Shown here in pieces: positions 48,928-60,407 of a stretch of DNA of 64,000 bases. Both the position numbers and the translations under genes were made by a program. Source of the stretch: an uncultured Clostridium sp. GTDB lineage: Bacteria > Bacillota > Clostridia > TANB77 > CAG-508. The stretch is taken from NCBI GenBank assembly GCA_948436975.1, contig CAOJJB010000001.1, positions 14,005 through 78,004 on the forward strand. Direction: 5' to 3'. Below the pieces are notes generated by a model that did no database searches, was not told the origin of the DNA, and was given only the letters and a program-made list of their open reading frames with translations. Positions within the stretch are counted from its first letter, which is position 1; every line of letters starts with the position of its first letter.

Positions 48928-49770
48928 ATGTTTAATTTTTTTGCAAATATATTTGGTTATTTATTAAATGCTATTTATGGTTTTGTAAATAATTATGGAC
49001 TAGCAATAATTATTTTTACAATTATTTTAAAATTGATAATGTTACCAATTTCTATGAAACAACAAAAAACTATGAAGAAATCAGCAAAAATTCAAAAAAA
49101 GGTAAAAGAAATTCAAAAAAAATATAGTAACGATCAAGTAAGACAAAGTCAAGAAATGATGGATTTATATAAAAAGGAAAATATGAGTCCATTTAGTGGA
49201 TGTTTAAGTTCTATTATTCAGTTTATAATAATATTATCAGTATTTTATTTAGTAAGTAAACCATTAACTTATATGAAACATGTAGATGCAAGCTTATTAG
49301 ATTCATATGCAACAGAAATTTCTCAAAATTCAGATGATGCAATGAGATATAGAGAAATAGCTATTATAAAAGCAAAAGGAAATGTAGATGAAAATGTAAA
49401 TTTAAATATGAATTTTTTAGGATTAGATTTAAGCGATGTACCTACACAAGATTTAAAAAATTGGAAAGTTTATGTAATACCAGTACTATATGTTATAACA
49501 TCTATATTCTCAATAAGTTTAACTATGAATATGAATAAAAAACCTAAAGATGAAGAAGAAAAAGAAAACGAAGAAAATAAACCAAAAGAAAAAGAACAAG
49601 ATGCAATGGAAGAAATGAATAAACAAATGAAATTTATGATGCCATTTATGACAGTAAGTATTGCACTTATTGCTCCATTGGGATTAGCCTTATATTGGTT
49701 AGTAAGTAATCTACTTATGATTTGTGAAAGATTATTTATTAATAAATTAGTTAAAGATGAGGAGGTATAA
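48928..49770 (+). CDS. yidC: membrane protein insertase YidC/SpoIIIJ/Oxa1 family
   Basis: TM1 plus a conserved LKLIMLPISMKQQKTMKK region, a Lys/Glu-rich loop and C-terminal TM helices. Confidence 0.85.
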   Translation: MFNFFANIFGYLLNAIYGFVNNYGLAIIIFTIILKLIMLPISMKQQKTMKKSAKIQKKVKEIQKKYSNDQVRQSQEMMDLYKKENMSPFSGCLSSIIQFIIILSVFYLVSKPLTYMKHVDASLLDSYATEISQNSDDAMRYREIAIIKAKGNVDENVNLNMNFLGLDLSDVPTQDLKNWKVYVIPVLYVITSIFSISLTMNMNKKPKDEEEKENEENKPKEKEQDAMEEMNKQMKFMMPFMTVSIALIAPLGLALYWLVSNLLMICERLFINKLVKDEEV

Positions 49771-49776
49771 TAAAAT

Positions 49777-50478
49777 ATGGATAATATATATGTTTTTGAA
49801 GGAAAAACATCAACGGAAGCAATTGAAAAAGGATTGAAAGAATTAAAAGTTTCAAAAAATAAAGTAGATATAAAAATATTAGAACAAGAAGATAAAAGAA
49901 GCTTTTTTAGTATTTTAACACCAAGAATTGTAAAAGTTGAAATGAAATTAAAAGAAAATGTAGAAATTTCAAAAAATAATAAAGTACAAGAAAATAAAAA
50001 AATAGTAACAAATGAACCAGTTGATAATACAGAAGCAATAAAAAATATAAAAGAATTTTTAAATGAATTTATACAAAAACTTTCTAATGATAATTTGGAA
50101 TATTCAATAAAAGAAGAAGAAAATATTATAAAAGTTGATATAAATGGAGGGAATACAGGGTACTTAATAGGATATAGGGGAGAAGTATTAAATAGTATAC
50201 AAACAGTAATATCTAATATAGCTTCTAAATCAAGCAAAGAAAGAATAAGAGTAATAGTAAACATTGGTGGATATAGAGAAAAAAGAGAAAAAGATTTACA
50301 AATTCTAGCATCTAAAATAGCAGCAACAGTGATTAAGACTAAAAAAGCAGTAACATTAGAACCTATGTCAGCTTACGAAAGGAAAATAATTCATACGAAA
50401 TTACAAGAAAATAATAAAGTAAAGACACATAGTGTTGGTGAGGAACCATATAGAAAAGTTGTAGTTTCATTAAAGTAG
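49777..50478 (+). CDS. jag: Jag/SpoIIIJ-associated RNA-binding protein (KH and R3H domains)
   Basis: Jag_N (YVFEGKTSTEAIEKGLKEL), KH-like GYLIGYRGEVLNSIQ and R3H (LEPMSAYERKIIHTKLQ). Confidence 0.8.
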   Translation: MDNIYVFEGKTSTEAIEKGLKELKVSKNKVDIKILEQEDKRSFFSILTPRIVKVEMKLKENVEISKNNKVQENKKIVTNEPVDNTEAIKNIKEFLNEFIQKLSNDNLEYSIKEEENIIKVDINGGNTGYLIGYRGEVLNSIQTVISNIASKSSKERIRVIVNIGGYREKREKDLQILASKIAATVIKTKKAVTLEPMSAYERKIIHTKLQENNKVKTHSVGEEPYRKVVVSLK

Positions 50479-50721
50479 ATGTAATAAAAGATATATATAA
50501 TTTTAATATAGAGGAATTACTAAAATGAGTAATTTCTCTTTTTTTATGTAATAGGAAATTTGTATTAAATTATATAATATTGCATAATTATGTTGACTAT
50601 GATATAATAATAAATAGTTTTTAGAATTAAATAAAATAATAAGAAAACAAGAAGATATTTAATGAATAAAACCAATAAAAAAAAATAATTTAAAGAATGA
50701 AATCAATAAACGGAGGAGAAG

Positions 50722-52086
50722 ATGAATACTATTGCAGCAATTTCAACGGCACCTGGAATAGGTGGAATAGGAATCGTTAGAATGAGTGGTGAAAACTGTT
50801 TTAAAATATTAGAAAAAGTATTTAAGCAGAAAAAATATCAAAATATTAAAAATATAAAAGGATATTCAATTAAATATGGTAATATTGTTGATAATGGTGA
50901 AATAATAGATGAAGTATTAGTTTCTTATTTTAAATCTCCTAAAAGTTATACTTCAGAAAATATGTGTGAAATAAATTCTCATGGTGGAATAGTAATAATG
51001 AATAAGATATTAGATTTATGTATAAAGAATGGTGCAGAATTAGCTGAACCAGGAGAATTTACAAAGAGAGCTTTTTTAAATGGAAGAATGGATTTATCTC
51101 AAGCAGAGGCTGTAATAGATGTAATAAATTCTAAAACAGATAAAGAGGCTAAAGTATCAATGCAACAACTACAAGGAAATTTATCTGAAAAAATATTTGA
51201 AATTAGAAAAGAAATAATTTCAATAATGGCTGATATAGAAGCAAGTATAGATTATCCAGAATATGATTTGCAAGAAGTTACAAATGAGAATATATTAAAT
51301 ATATTGAATAAAGTAGACAAAATTCTATTATCATTAGAGAATAGTTTTTATAATGGTAAAATATTAAAAGAAGGAATAAGTACAGCTATAATAGGAAGAC
51401 CAAATGCTGGAAAATCTTCTTTATTAAATGTTATATTGAATGAAGAAAGAGCAATTGTAACAGATATAGAAGGTACTACTAGAGATATAATACAAGAATA
51501 TATTTCTGTAGAAGGAGTGCCTTTAAAAATAATTGATACTGCAGGAATTAGAAATTCAAATGACGAGGTAGAAAAAATAGGAATAAAAAAAGCGATAGAT
51601 ATAGCAAGATCAAGTGATATAGTAATAGCTATTTTTGATATAAACAGAGAATTAAATGATGAAGATAAACAGATTTTAAGCTTGTTAGAAAATAAGAATG
51701 CTATTATAATATTAAATAAAGTAGACTTAGAAAGAAAGATAGATATTAATGATATAGCTTATTTAAAAAAACCAATTGTTGAAATGTCTACTAAAAATAG
51801 GGAAGGAATAGATGAGTTATATAAAGAAATATCACAAGTATTTAAATTGAAAGAGATAGTTACTGATGGAGAAACAATTATTAGTAATGTTAGGCATAAG
51901 AATATAATAATTAATTCTAGAAAAAATTTAGATAGAGCTAGAGAAACAATTAATAATAATATGCCTATTGATATAATATCAACATATTTAAAAGAGATTT
52001 TAGAAGAATTGGGAAAAATAACAGGAGAAACTGTTACAGATGACGTAATAGCTGAAATTTTTTCAAAATTCTGTTTAGGGAAATGA
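50722..52086 (+). CDS. mnmE: tRNA modification GTPase MnmE (TrmE)
   Basis: N-terminal MNTIAAISTAPGIGGIGIVRMSG, G-domain GRPNAGKSSLLN, and C-terminal ...KFCLGK. Confidence 0.9.
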   Translation: MNTIAAISTAPGIGGIGIVRMSGENCFKILEKVFKQKKYQNIKNIKGYSIKYGNIVDNGEIIDEVLVSYFKSPKSYTSENMCEINSHGGIVIMNKILDLCIKNGAELAEPGEFTKRAFLNGRMDLSQAEAVIDVINSKTDKEAKVSMQQLQGNLSEKIFEIRKEIISIMADIEASIDYPEYDLQEVTNENILNILNKVDKILLSLENSFYNGKILKEGISTAIIGRPNAGKSSLLNVILNEERAIVTDIEGTTRDIIQEYISVEGVPLKIIDTAGIRNSNDEVEKIGIKKAIDIARSSDIVIAIFDINRELNDEDKQILSLLENKNAIIILNKVDLERKIDINDIAYLKKPIVEMSTKNREGIDELYKEISQVFKLKEIVTDGETIISNVRHKNIIINSRKNLDRARETINNNMPIDIISTYLKEILEELGKITGETVTDDVIAEIFSKFCLGK

Positions 52087-52164
52087 TTGTTCCACGAAAA
52101 ACAAATAAAAAGGTTTATAGATTAGATTCCATAAAATCTAAATTTTTTTGAGGTAAATAAAGAA

Positions 52165-54042
52165 ATGAAATATGATGCAGGAAAATATGATATAGCAGTT
52201 ATTGGAGCGGGACATGCTGGCTGTGAGGCAGCTTTGGCTTCAGCAAGATTAGGTATGAAAACATTGTTATTTTCAATTAGTTTGGAATGTATTGCTAATA
52301 TGCCATGTAATCCACACATAGGAGGAACATCAAAAGGCCATTTAGTAAGAGAAATTGATAGTCTTGGTGGAGAAATGGGAAAAAATATAGATAAAACAAT
52401 GATTCAATTAAGAATGCTAAATACATCAAAAGGACCAGCTGTTCATTCATTAAGGGCACAAGCTGATAGAAAACGTTATCAGATGGAAATGAAACATACA
52501 TTAGAAAATCAAGAAAACCTATTTGTTAAGCAGGCTGAAATTATAGATATACAAGTAGAAGATGGAAAAATAAAAGCTGTTGAAACTAATTTAGGAGCTA
52601 TATATAAGGTTGATTGTGTTATATTAGCTACAGGAACTTATTTAAAAGGAAAAATATATATAGGTGAAACTTCTTATGAAAGTGGTCCAGATGGAGTGGC
52701 AACTGCAAATGAATTATCTAATTGTTTAAAAAAATTAAATATAGAATTGCAAAGATTTAAAACGGGTACACCAGCAAGAATAAATAAAAATAGTATCGAT
52801 TTTTCTAAAATGGAAATACAAGAAGGAGATAAAGATTTAGTTCCATTTTCTTTTGAAGATAAAATGCCTGATATAGAACAATTACCTTGTTGGCTTACAT
52901 ATACAAATGAGAAAACTCATGAAATAATAAGAAAGAATTTACATAGATCTCCAATGTATTCAGGAGTTATAGAAGGAACTGGTCCGAGATATTGTCCTTC
53001 AATTGAAGATAAGGTTGTTAGATTTGCAGATAAGGAAAGGCATCAAATATTTGTAGAACCAATAGGTTTAGATACAAATGAAATGTATATACAAGGAATG
53101 AGTTCTTCTTTACCAGAAGATGTTCAAATTGAAATGTATAGAACTTTACCAGGATTAGAAAATGCTGAATTTACAAGACCAGCTTATGCAATAGAATATG
53201 ATTGTATAGAACCATCTCAATTAAAGAGTTCTTTAGAATTAAAATCAATTAGTGGGATGTTTTTTGCTGGACAAATAAATGGAACATCTGGATATGAAGA
53301 AGCTGCATGTCAAGGTCTTATAGCTGGAATAAATGCTACACAAAAGTTGAAGGGTAAAGAGCCATTAATATTAGATAGATCAGATGCATATATAGGAGTT
53401 TTAATTGATGATATAGTTACAAAAAGCACAATGGAACCATATAGAATGATGACTTCTAGAGCGGAATATAGATTATTATTAAGACAAGATAATGCAGATT
53501 TAAGACTTACAGAAATAGGATATCAGATAGGTTTGATTTCAGAAGAAAGGTATAAGAGGTTTGTTGAAAAGAAAAATTTCATTGAAAAAGAAATTCAAAG
53601 ATTAAAAACAACAAATATAAAACCAAATGAAGAAACAAATAAATTTTTAACAGAACAAGGAACTACATCAATAACAACTGGTATGAAGCTTTCGGAATTG
53701 TTAAAAAGAACGGAAATAACATATGAAGCATTAAAAATAATTGATATAGATAGGCCAAATTTAGATAGGCAAGTAATTGAAGAAGTTGAAATAATGGTAA
53801 AATATGAAGGATATATTGAAATGCAAAAAAAACAAGTTGAAGGTTTTAAAAAATTAGAAAAAAAATATTTACCAGAAGATATTGATTATAATAAAATAAA
53901 AGGAGTTAGATTAGAAGCAAGACAGAAATTAAATAAATATAAACCATATTCAATAGGACAAGCATCAAGAATTTCAGGAGTTTCTCCAGCAGATATATCT
54001 GTATTATTAATATATTTAGAACAATATAATAAAAAGAAATAA
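52165..54042 (+). CDS. mnmG: tRNA uridine 5-carboxymethylaminomethyl modification enzyme MnmG (GidA)
   Basis: FAD-binding N-terminus [34 protein letters not shown]. 625 aa. Confidence 0.95.
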   Translation: MKYDAGKYDIAVIGAGHAGCEAALASARLGMKTLLFSISLECIANMPCNPHIGGTSKGHLVREIDSLGGEMGKNIDKTMIQLRMLNTSKGPAVHSLRAQADRKRYQMEMKHTLENQENLFVKQAEIIDIQVEDGKIKAVETNLGAIYKVDCVILATGTYLKGKIYIGETSYESGPDGVATANELSNCLKKLNIELQRFKTGTPARINKNSIDFSKMEIQEGDKDLVPFSFEDKMPDIEQLPCWLTYTNEKTHEIIRKNLHRSPMYSGVIEGTGPRYCPSIEDKVVRFADKERHQIFVEPIGLDTNEMYIQGMSSSLPEDVQIEMYRTLPGLENAEFTRPAYAIEYDCIEPSQLKSSLELKSISGMFFAGQINGTSGYEEAACQGLIAGINATQKLKGKEPLILDRSDAYIGVLIDDIVTKSTMEPYRMMTSRAEYRLLLRQDNADLRLTEIGYQIGLISEERYKRFVEKKNFIEKEIQRLKTTNIKPNEETNKFLTEQGTTSITTGMKLSELLKRTEITYEALKIIDIDRPNLDRQVIEEVEIMVKYEGYIEMQKKQVEGFKKLEKKYLPEDIDYNKIKGVRLEARQKLNKYKPYSIGQASRISGVSPADISVLLIYLEQYNKKK

Positions 54043-54057
54043 AAAGGAGAGATAGAT

Positions 54058-54606
54058 ATGTCTGTTAAAGTAACATATTTTGTTCATAGTACTACTTTAG
54101 ATAATATTGAACATAAATCAACAGGATGGTTAGATGGTGAATTATCTGAAAAGGGAATAAATCAAAGTATTCTGTTAAGAGAGCAAATAAATATAGAAGA
54201 TTTTGATGTAGTTTTTTGTTCAGATTTAAAAAGAGCAGTAGATTCTGCAAATATAACATTTCAAAATTCAGTTAAAATTGTTTTAGATAGTAGATTAAGA
54301 GAATGTAATTATGGCGATTTAAATGGAAAAGATAGTAAATTAGTAGTATATGAGGATCATATAAAAGATAAGTTTCCAAAGGGAGAAGCTTTGATTGATG
54401 TTGAAAACAGAGTAAATGAGTTTTGTGAGTTTTTACTTCAGAATTATGATAATAAAAATGTTGCAATTGTGGCACATAAAGCAACTCAAATGGCTTTTCA
54501 GGTTATTACAGAATCTAAAACATGGGATATGGTTATATCAGAAGATTGGAGAAGAACAAAAAACTGGAAACCTGGATGGATATATTATATAAATAAGGAA
54601 GATTAA
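54058..54606 (+). CDS. histidine phosphatase superfamily protein (phosphoglycerate-mutase-like branch)
   Basis: N-terminal catalytic-His region YFVHSTTLDN, later VAIVAHKATQ. 182 aa, inserted between mnmG and rsmG. Confidence 0.55.
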   Translation: MSVKVTYFVHSTTLDNIEHKSTGWLDGELSEKGINQSILLREQINIEDFDVVFCSDLKRAVDSANITFQNSVKIVLDSRLRECNYGDLNGKDSKLVVYEDHIKDKFPKGEALIDVENRVNEFCEFLLQNYDNKNVAIVAHKATQMAFQVITESKTWDMVISEDWRRTKNWKPGWIYYINKED

Positions 54607-54607
54607 A

Positions 54608-55327
54608 ATGAATGTAGAAGAATTTAGAGAAATTTTTATAGAAGAAGCAGATAAAAATAATATATATATTGATAAAAAAGTAATTAGTAAATTTTATACA
54701 TATATGATAGAGATATTAGAGTGGAATAATAAGGTTAATTTAACATCAATAACAGATGAAAGAATGTTTATCGTGAAACACTTTATAGATTCGCTTACAA
54801 TAAACGGTTTTATACAAGATAAAGAAACTATAATAGACATAGGTACAGGTGCAGGATTTCCTGGTATACCTTTAAAAATTGTTAATGAAGATAAAAAGAT
54901 TACAGTAGTGGATTCAATAAATAAAAAATTAAATGTTATACGTTCAATTAATAATAAAATGAATTTAAAGAATTTAGATATAATACATTCAAGAGCAGAG
55001 GATTTAGCAAGGAGAAAAGAATTTAGAGAGAATTTTGATGTAGTAACTACAAGAGCAGTTTCTAATTTTTCAACAATTATAGAATATATGTTACCATTTT
55101 TGAAAGTGAGTGGTATAGCTATTTGTATGAAGGGACCTAATTATGAAGATGAGTTAAGAAATGGGAAAAAAGCTATTAATATATTAGGTGGAAAATTAGT
55201 CGATATAAAAAAAATAAATGTAGATAATGAATTAACAAGAAATATAATATTAATAAAAAAAATAAAGAAAACACCTGAAAAATTTCCGAGAGGACAAGGA
55301 AAAGCTTTAAAAGAGCCGATTACATAA
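54608..55327 (+). CDS. rsmG: 16S rRNA (guanine527-N7)-methyltransferase RsmG (GidB)
   Basis: SAM-binding IIDIGTGAGFPGIPLKI motif. 239 aa. Confidence 0.9.
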   Translation: MNVEEFREIFIEEADKNNIYIDKKVISKFYTYMIEILEWNNKVNLTSITDERMFIVKHFIDSLTINGFIQDKETIIDIGTGAGFPGIPLKIVNEDKKITVVDSINKKLNVIRSINNKMNLKNLDIIHSRAEDLARRKEFRENFDVVTTRAVSNFSTIIEYMLPFLKVSGIAICMKGPNYEDELRNGKKAINILGGKLVDIKKINVDNELTRNIILIKKIKKTPEKFPRGQGKALKEPIT

Positions 55328-55438
55328 GAATGTTGCTCGTGCAACATTCTTGTTTTTTGTATAAATATGTTTAAAACAGATTGACATATTATAAAAAATT
55401 TTATATTATAGTATGGTAAAAAAAAGGAGGGATTTACT

Positions 55439-56233
55439 TTGGGAAGAGTAATATCAATTGCTAATCAGAAAGGTGGGGTAGGTAAAACTACGACTGCAGT
55501 AAATTTAAGTACGATATTGGCAAAAAGAGGAAAAAAAGTAATAATAGTAGATGCTGATCCTCAAGGGAATGCATCTAGTGGATTAGGATTAGAAAGAGTA
55601 ACTGAAAATTCTTTGTATGACATTTTGATTAATGATGTAAAAATAGAAGATACTTTACAAAGTGCTTGTATTAAAAATCTGAAAGTATGTCCTTCAAATA
55701 TGGATCTTGCAGGTGCAGAAGTAGAATTAGTTTCTCAAATGTCAAGAGAACAGAGATTAAAAGAAAAAGTAGATGAGATAAAAGATAATTATGATTTTAT
55801 AATTATAGATTGTCCACCATCATTAGGATTAATTACTTTAAATGCTTTTACTGCATCAGATTCTGTTCTAATACCTGTACAGTGTGAATATTTTGCTTTA
55901 GAAGGTTTGGGGCAGTTACTAAATACAATAAATTTAGTAAAAAAACATTTAAATAAGAACTTAGAAGTTGAAGGTGCTGTACTTACTATGTATGATATTA
56001 GGACGAATCTTTCAAATCAAGTTGTTAAAGAGGTAAAAAGGTATTTTGGTGATAAAGTTTATAAAACTGTAATTCCTAGAAATATAAAGCTTAGTGAAGC
56101 GCCGAGTTATGGTCTACCAATTACTTTATATGATGCTAAATCTAAAGGTGCTAGATCTTATGAGAAACTTGCTAGAGAAGTATTAAATAATGATATAATT
56201 AGAAAAAGAGAAGTATTAAAAAAGGAGGAATAA
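55439..56233 (+). CDS. soj: chromosome partitioning ATPase ParA/Soj
   Basis: Deviant Walker A ANQKGGVGKTTTAVNL. 264 aa. Confidence 0.9.
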   Translation: MGRVISIANQKGGVGKTTTAVNLSTILAKRGKKVIIVDADPQGNASSGLGLERVTENSLYDILINDVKIEDTLQSACIKNLKVCPSNMDLAGAEVELVSQMSREQRLKEKVDEIKDNYDFIIIDCPPSLGLITLNAFTASDSVLIPVQCEYFALEGLGQLLNTINLVKKHLNKNLEVEGAVLTMYDIRTNLSNQVVKEVKRYFGDKVYKTVIPRNIKLSEAPSYGLPITLYDAKSKGARSYEKLAREVLNNDIIRKREVLKKEE

Positions 56234-56235
56234 AC

Positions 56236-57081
56236 ATGACAGGCAAAAAAACAGGATTAGGAAAAGGTTTAGATGCGTTGTTTAGTACACCAATGGTTGA
56301 GGAAATTACTAGAGAAGAAGATATTGTAAAAAAATTGAAAATTAATGAAATAGAACCAAACAAAGGACAAGCAAGAAAAGTTTTTGATGATGAAGCTATT
56401 GAAGATTTATCTAATTCTATAAAAGAATATGGAGTAATACAACCTATAATAGTAAGCAAAAAAGTAGGATATTATGAAATTATAGCAGGTGAAAGAAGAT
56501 GGAGAGCATCTAAAAGAGCAGGATTAGATGAAATTCCAGCAATAGTAAGAGATGATGATGAACAAAGAAATCAAGAAATTTCTTTAATAGAAAATATACA
56601 AAGAGAAGACTTAAATCCTATAGAAAAAGCTAGAGGAATAAAAACATTAATGGATGAATATAGCTTAACTCAAGCACAAGTTGCTGAAAAATTAGGAAAA
56701 AGTAGAAGTAGTATAGCAAATACAGTAAGAATATTAAATTTAGATGAAAGAGTAATAAATTTAGCTTTAGAGGGAAAACTAACAGAAGGACATTGTAAAT
56801 CATTAATGGCTATTGATGATCATGATAAACAATATCAAATGGCTACTTATATAATTGAATCAGGGGATTCTGTTAGAGAAGCTGAAAAGAAAATGAAAGT
56901 AATTAAAAAGGTAAACAAAAAAAATGATAGATACATACCAATCTATAGGGATATAGAAAATACATTTCAAGGTTTTTTTGGTACAAAAGTAAAGCTAGAT
57001 GCTGGAGAAAGAAAAGGCAAAATAATAATACAATACAGCTCTAATGATGATTTAGAGAGAATTTTAGGTTTAATAAAATAA
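56236..57081 (+). CDS. spo0J: chromosome partitioning protein ParB/Spo0J
   Basis: ParB box GERRWRASKRAGL, HTH region and a C-terminal dimerisation region. Confidence 0.9.
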   Translation: MTGKKTGLGKGLDALFSTPMVEEITREEDIVKKLKINEIEPNKGQARKVFDDEAIEDLSNSIKEYGVIQPIIVSKKVGYYEIIAGERRWRASKRAGLDEIPAIVRDDDEQRNQEISLIENIQREDLNPIEKARGIKTLMDEYSLTQAQVAEKLGKSRSSIANTVRILNLDERVINLALEGKLTEGHCKSLMAIDDHDKQYQMATYIIESGDSVREAEKKMKVIKKVNKKNDRYIPIYRDIENTFQGFFGTKVKLDAGERKGKIIIQYSSNDDLERILGLIK

Positions 57082-57096
57082 GGAGAGATTAAATAT

Positions 57097-57624
57097 ATGA
57101 GTAGTATTTTAGAACTATTAGAAAATGAAAATTATGTATTGGCTATTGTTATTGTAAATATTATATTAATAATAGTAACAATCATTAATACGATTTTAAT
57201 AATAAGAGCAAATGGAAAATATGTAAAATTTATGAAAAAATTAGGTAATGGATCTAATTTAGATGAAATGATGAAAGATTATATAAAAGATGTTAAAGAA
57301 ATAAAAAAAGATAATGCAGAAATTAAAGCATATTATACTAAATTAGATAGTGATATAGCTTCATGCATACAGAAAGTAGGGCTAGTAAGATATAACGCTT
57401 TTAAAGATGTTGGAAGTGATTTAAGTTTTGCTGTAGCATTATTAGATAGAAATGATAATGGTGTGGTTTTAAATGGATTATATGGTTCAGAGTCTTCAAA
57501 TATTTACGCTAAGCCTATAAAGAAAGGTGTATCATCATATAAATTATCAGAAGAAGAAGAATATGCTTTAGAAATAGCTGAACAGTCTAAAAACTTTATT
57601 GCTAAGAATAGAGAGAATATGTAA
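57097..57624 (+). CDS. DUF4446 family protein (membrane-anchored; commonly found after parB in Clostridia)
   Basis: N-terminal TM helix, then VRYNAFKDVGSDLSFAVALLD..GVVLNGLYG. Confidence 0.6.
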   Translation: MSSILELLENENYVLAIVIVNIILIIVTIINTILIIRANGKYVKFMKKLGNGSNLDEMMKDYIKDVKEIKKDNAEIKAYYTKLDSDIASCIQKVGLVRYNAFKDVGSDLSFAVALLDRNDNGVVLNGLYGSESSNIYAKPIKKGVSSYKLSEEEEYALEIAEQSKNFIAKNRENM

Positions 57625-57940
57625 TTAGTGAAATTTAAAAAGAGAATATAGGTGATAGATTTTTTATCTGTCATCTATTTTTTTTATAAAATGCTAGTAG
57701 AATGAAAATAATAATAGTAATAAGATATATATTTTATAATGATAAAGTAGTTTTAAAATCAAAAATAAGAGGTTTTTATAATAAAATAATAAAAGTATAG
57801 CAATTTATAAATAAAAATGATAATTAACGATTTTAATAATAATTAACATTTTTATTTATTATTAAAAAATATTTTTATAAAAGTACAATATGTAATAAAG
57901 TTGAGATAATTTTTTTTTGTAAAAAATATGTAAAAAAGCA

Positions 57941-58539
57941 TGTGGATTTAGGGAAAAAGCTGTGGATAACATTAAAAAACTATAAAAAAATAAATTTAAA
58001 AATCAAAAATTAAAGAAAATGAGAAAATAAAAACTATGTGAATAAGTCCACAAAAAGTTGATATATTAAGGGTTTTGTGGCTGTGGATAAAGTTTGAAAC
58101 ATACACATAAATAGGAAAGTGGTTAAAAGAAAAAAATATTATAATTTTTAATACTAAAGTCAATTATAAGTGAGTAATAGTTTAAAATTTTAAAATAATG
58201 TATATAGAGAAGATATAATTATGGAAAAAATTTAATAAAAGATAAGAAAAGTAATGTGGAAAAAATTATAAAAAGTTGTAAAAATGAGTAGTATATAATA
58301 TTATATGGGTTTTGGTAATTAATACTTTTTAATAAAAAAAAATATTAATAGAAAAAAATATTTTTTATTAATAAATATGTAAAATTATTTTATTTATAAC
58401 ATATAATTAATAAAAAAAATTAATAATTAAGATAAAAAGTATAATATAAATAAAAAAATTTTTAAAAAAAATTTTTTTTTGTTTAGTATAAATTTAATAA
58501 AACGTTGTAAAATAAGTAAAAAAATAAAAATGTGGATAA
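57941..58539. promoter_or_regulatory. DnaA-box cluster distal to dnaA (three perfect TGTGGATAA plus several one-mismatch boxes) in a long AT-rich non-coding stretch
   Basis: TGTGGATAA at 57961-57969, 58082-58090 and 58531-58539. TGTGGATTT at 57941, TGTGAATAA at 58037, TTTGTGGAC at 58046 and TGTGGAAAA at 58255. Confidence 0.45.
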
Positions 58540-58687
58540 GTTTTTCTTAATAATTTTAAATTTGCAATTTTTTTCAAAAAAAATTGATAAAATTTCATTT
58601 TAGAAAAGGTTAAGTAATAAAAAAATAAGAAAAAGTATAGAAAAATGTATACAACAAAATTTGAATAAAAAAATATCAAAATTTTAT

Positions 58688-58716
58688 TGACAAATATGAA
58701 AGATATGTGCTAATAT
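58688..58716 (+). promoter_or_regulatory. sigma-A promoter of the tRNA-Ser pair
   Basis: TTGACA-N18-TGcTAATAT (extended -10) about 30 nt upstream of the tRNA 5' end. Confidence 0.5.
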
Positions 58717-58743
58717 ATATGTGTTGTTAATAAAACATCAAAT

Positions 58744-58835
<92 letters not shown>

Positions 58836-58908
58836 ATAGAAAATGGAAGCAGAGAAAAGGTGTTTTAAAGCTTCCTTTTTTATTATAATATCTAATATAA
58901 GAGCATTT

Positions 58909-59001
58909 GGAGATTTACCCAAGTGGTTGAAGGGGACGGTTTGCTAAACCGTTAGGGTTGCGTAAGTGGCCGCGAGGGTTCAAATCCCTCAATCTCCGCC
59001 A
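58909..59001 (+). tRNA. tRNA-Ser (anticodon GCT), long variable arm, CCA encoded
   Basis: GGAGATT acceptor pairs with AATCTCC. Anticodon stem-loop ACGGT-TTGCTAA-ACCGT, extra arm, T-loop GGTTCAAATCC. Confidence 0.85.
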
Positions 59002-59002
59002 A

Positions 59003-59037
59003 AAAAATCTAAAGTTTATATAGCTTTAGATTTTTTT
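59003..59037 (+). terminator. rho-independent terminator after the tRNA-Ser pair
   Basis: atctaaag...ctttagat 8-bp stem followed by T7. Confidence 0.6.
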
Positions 59038-60407
59038 TATTATAGAAATTAAGATTTAATTTCTGTAATATAAAGTCTTATGTAATATTTAAATTTAGTA
59101 TTATAAAATATTACTATAAATTTTATACATAATGTTATTGAAAGAAGTTTATAGTTAAAAAAGTTGTTGAAAAAGTAAAAAAAATTACTTATTTATTATT
59201 ATAAAAAGTCGTTAAAATGAATTTTAAGCTTATTTATTTGTAAAGGTATAATATATGTTGTTGAATTATATAAATTGATTATAATTTATTTTGAAAGAAA
59301 TATGAAGTGATTAATGAATTTGAGGATTAGATTGGTATGAAATATAAATATTTTTATAAGTAAGAATATAAATTAATCGGATTATCTTTTTAGAAAGAAA
59401 TTAGAAAAATTAAGAAAATATAACTAAGATTTTAAATAATTTTTATTTTAAATCTTATATTTTAACATCAAAATGACAAACAATATAAGAGTAATAAAGA
59501 AAAGAATATAAAAACTAATAAAAATATGGGAAATAAGGAGTATATACTTTTTATATAAGTAATAATGGTTTCATAAAAAGTATACATAAATAAATTATTG
59601 ACGACCTAAAAAAGCTTTTTTAATAGAAATTTAGTATTGAAATTTTATATGTAATATATAAAGATAAATTTAATTATTTCTTGTTTAATAACTGATATTA
59701 CTATTAAATTTATGAGATATATTAAAATTTTACTATATTTTCCATTATTATATATAAATATAATATATATTTTAGTGTTAAAACATAATAAAAATGTTGA
59801 AAAATAAATAACATGAAATAGTGAATTTGAATTTTTTAACAAAACAACATTGTCTAATGGACAATATAAATATGATATAACTAATGATTGGATATATAGT
59901 ATATCTAACTTATAGAAGATATAGGAAATAGCAGTTTTAGAGTGTTATAAAAAAGTTGAAAACAAGAAAATATAATTTACATAATTAAAATATGTAAACT
60001 AATATATTGCGTTAAAATATGAATATTTAGTTTAATTATACTAATATTTTAAGAATAAATTGAAGTATTTAAGAAATTTTGTGAAAAATCGAAAGCTTAT
60101 TACATGTAATATAAAGTTTTTCATATCATTTATTTGTGAAATATATTCAATAAAAATTAATTTAGTATATAAATCATGTTTTGAAACAAAATAGATATTT
60201 ATTGATTATATTTTATAAACTTAAAATAAATGCTATGTTGTTTTATATTGAATATATACAATATACATGAAAGATTATAAAATATATTAGTAAGGATTAT
60301 TATATTTGTAACTTTGAAATGTTTAATAATTATTTTTAAAAAATGTTGAATAAATTCTATAAAAGTTATATAATACAGATATAAATTTATTATTTTAGAG
60401 GTGAATT

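Noticed and set aside
49470-50264. 264-aa minus-strand ORF overlapping yidC and jag
   Set aside because: It lies antisense across two conserved genes and their intergenic RBS, with a Ser/Phe/Ile low-complexity product. It is spurious.
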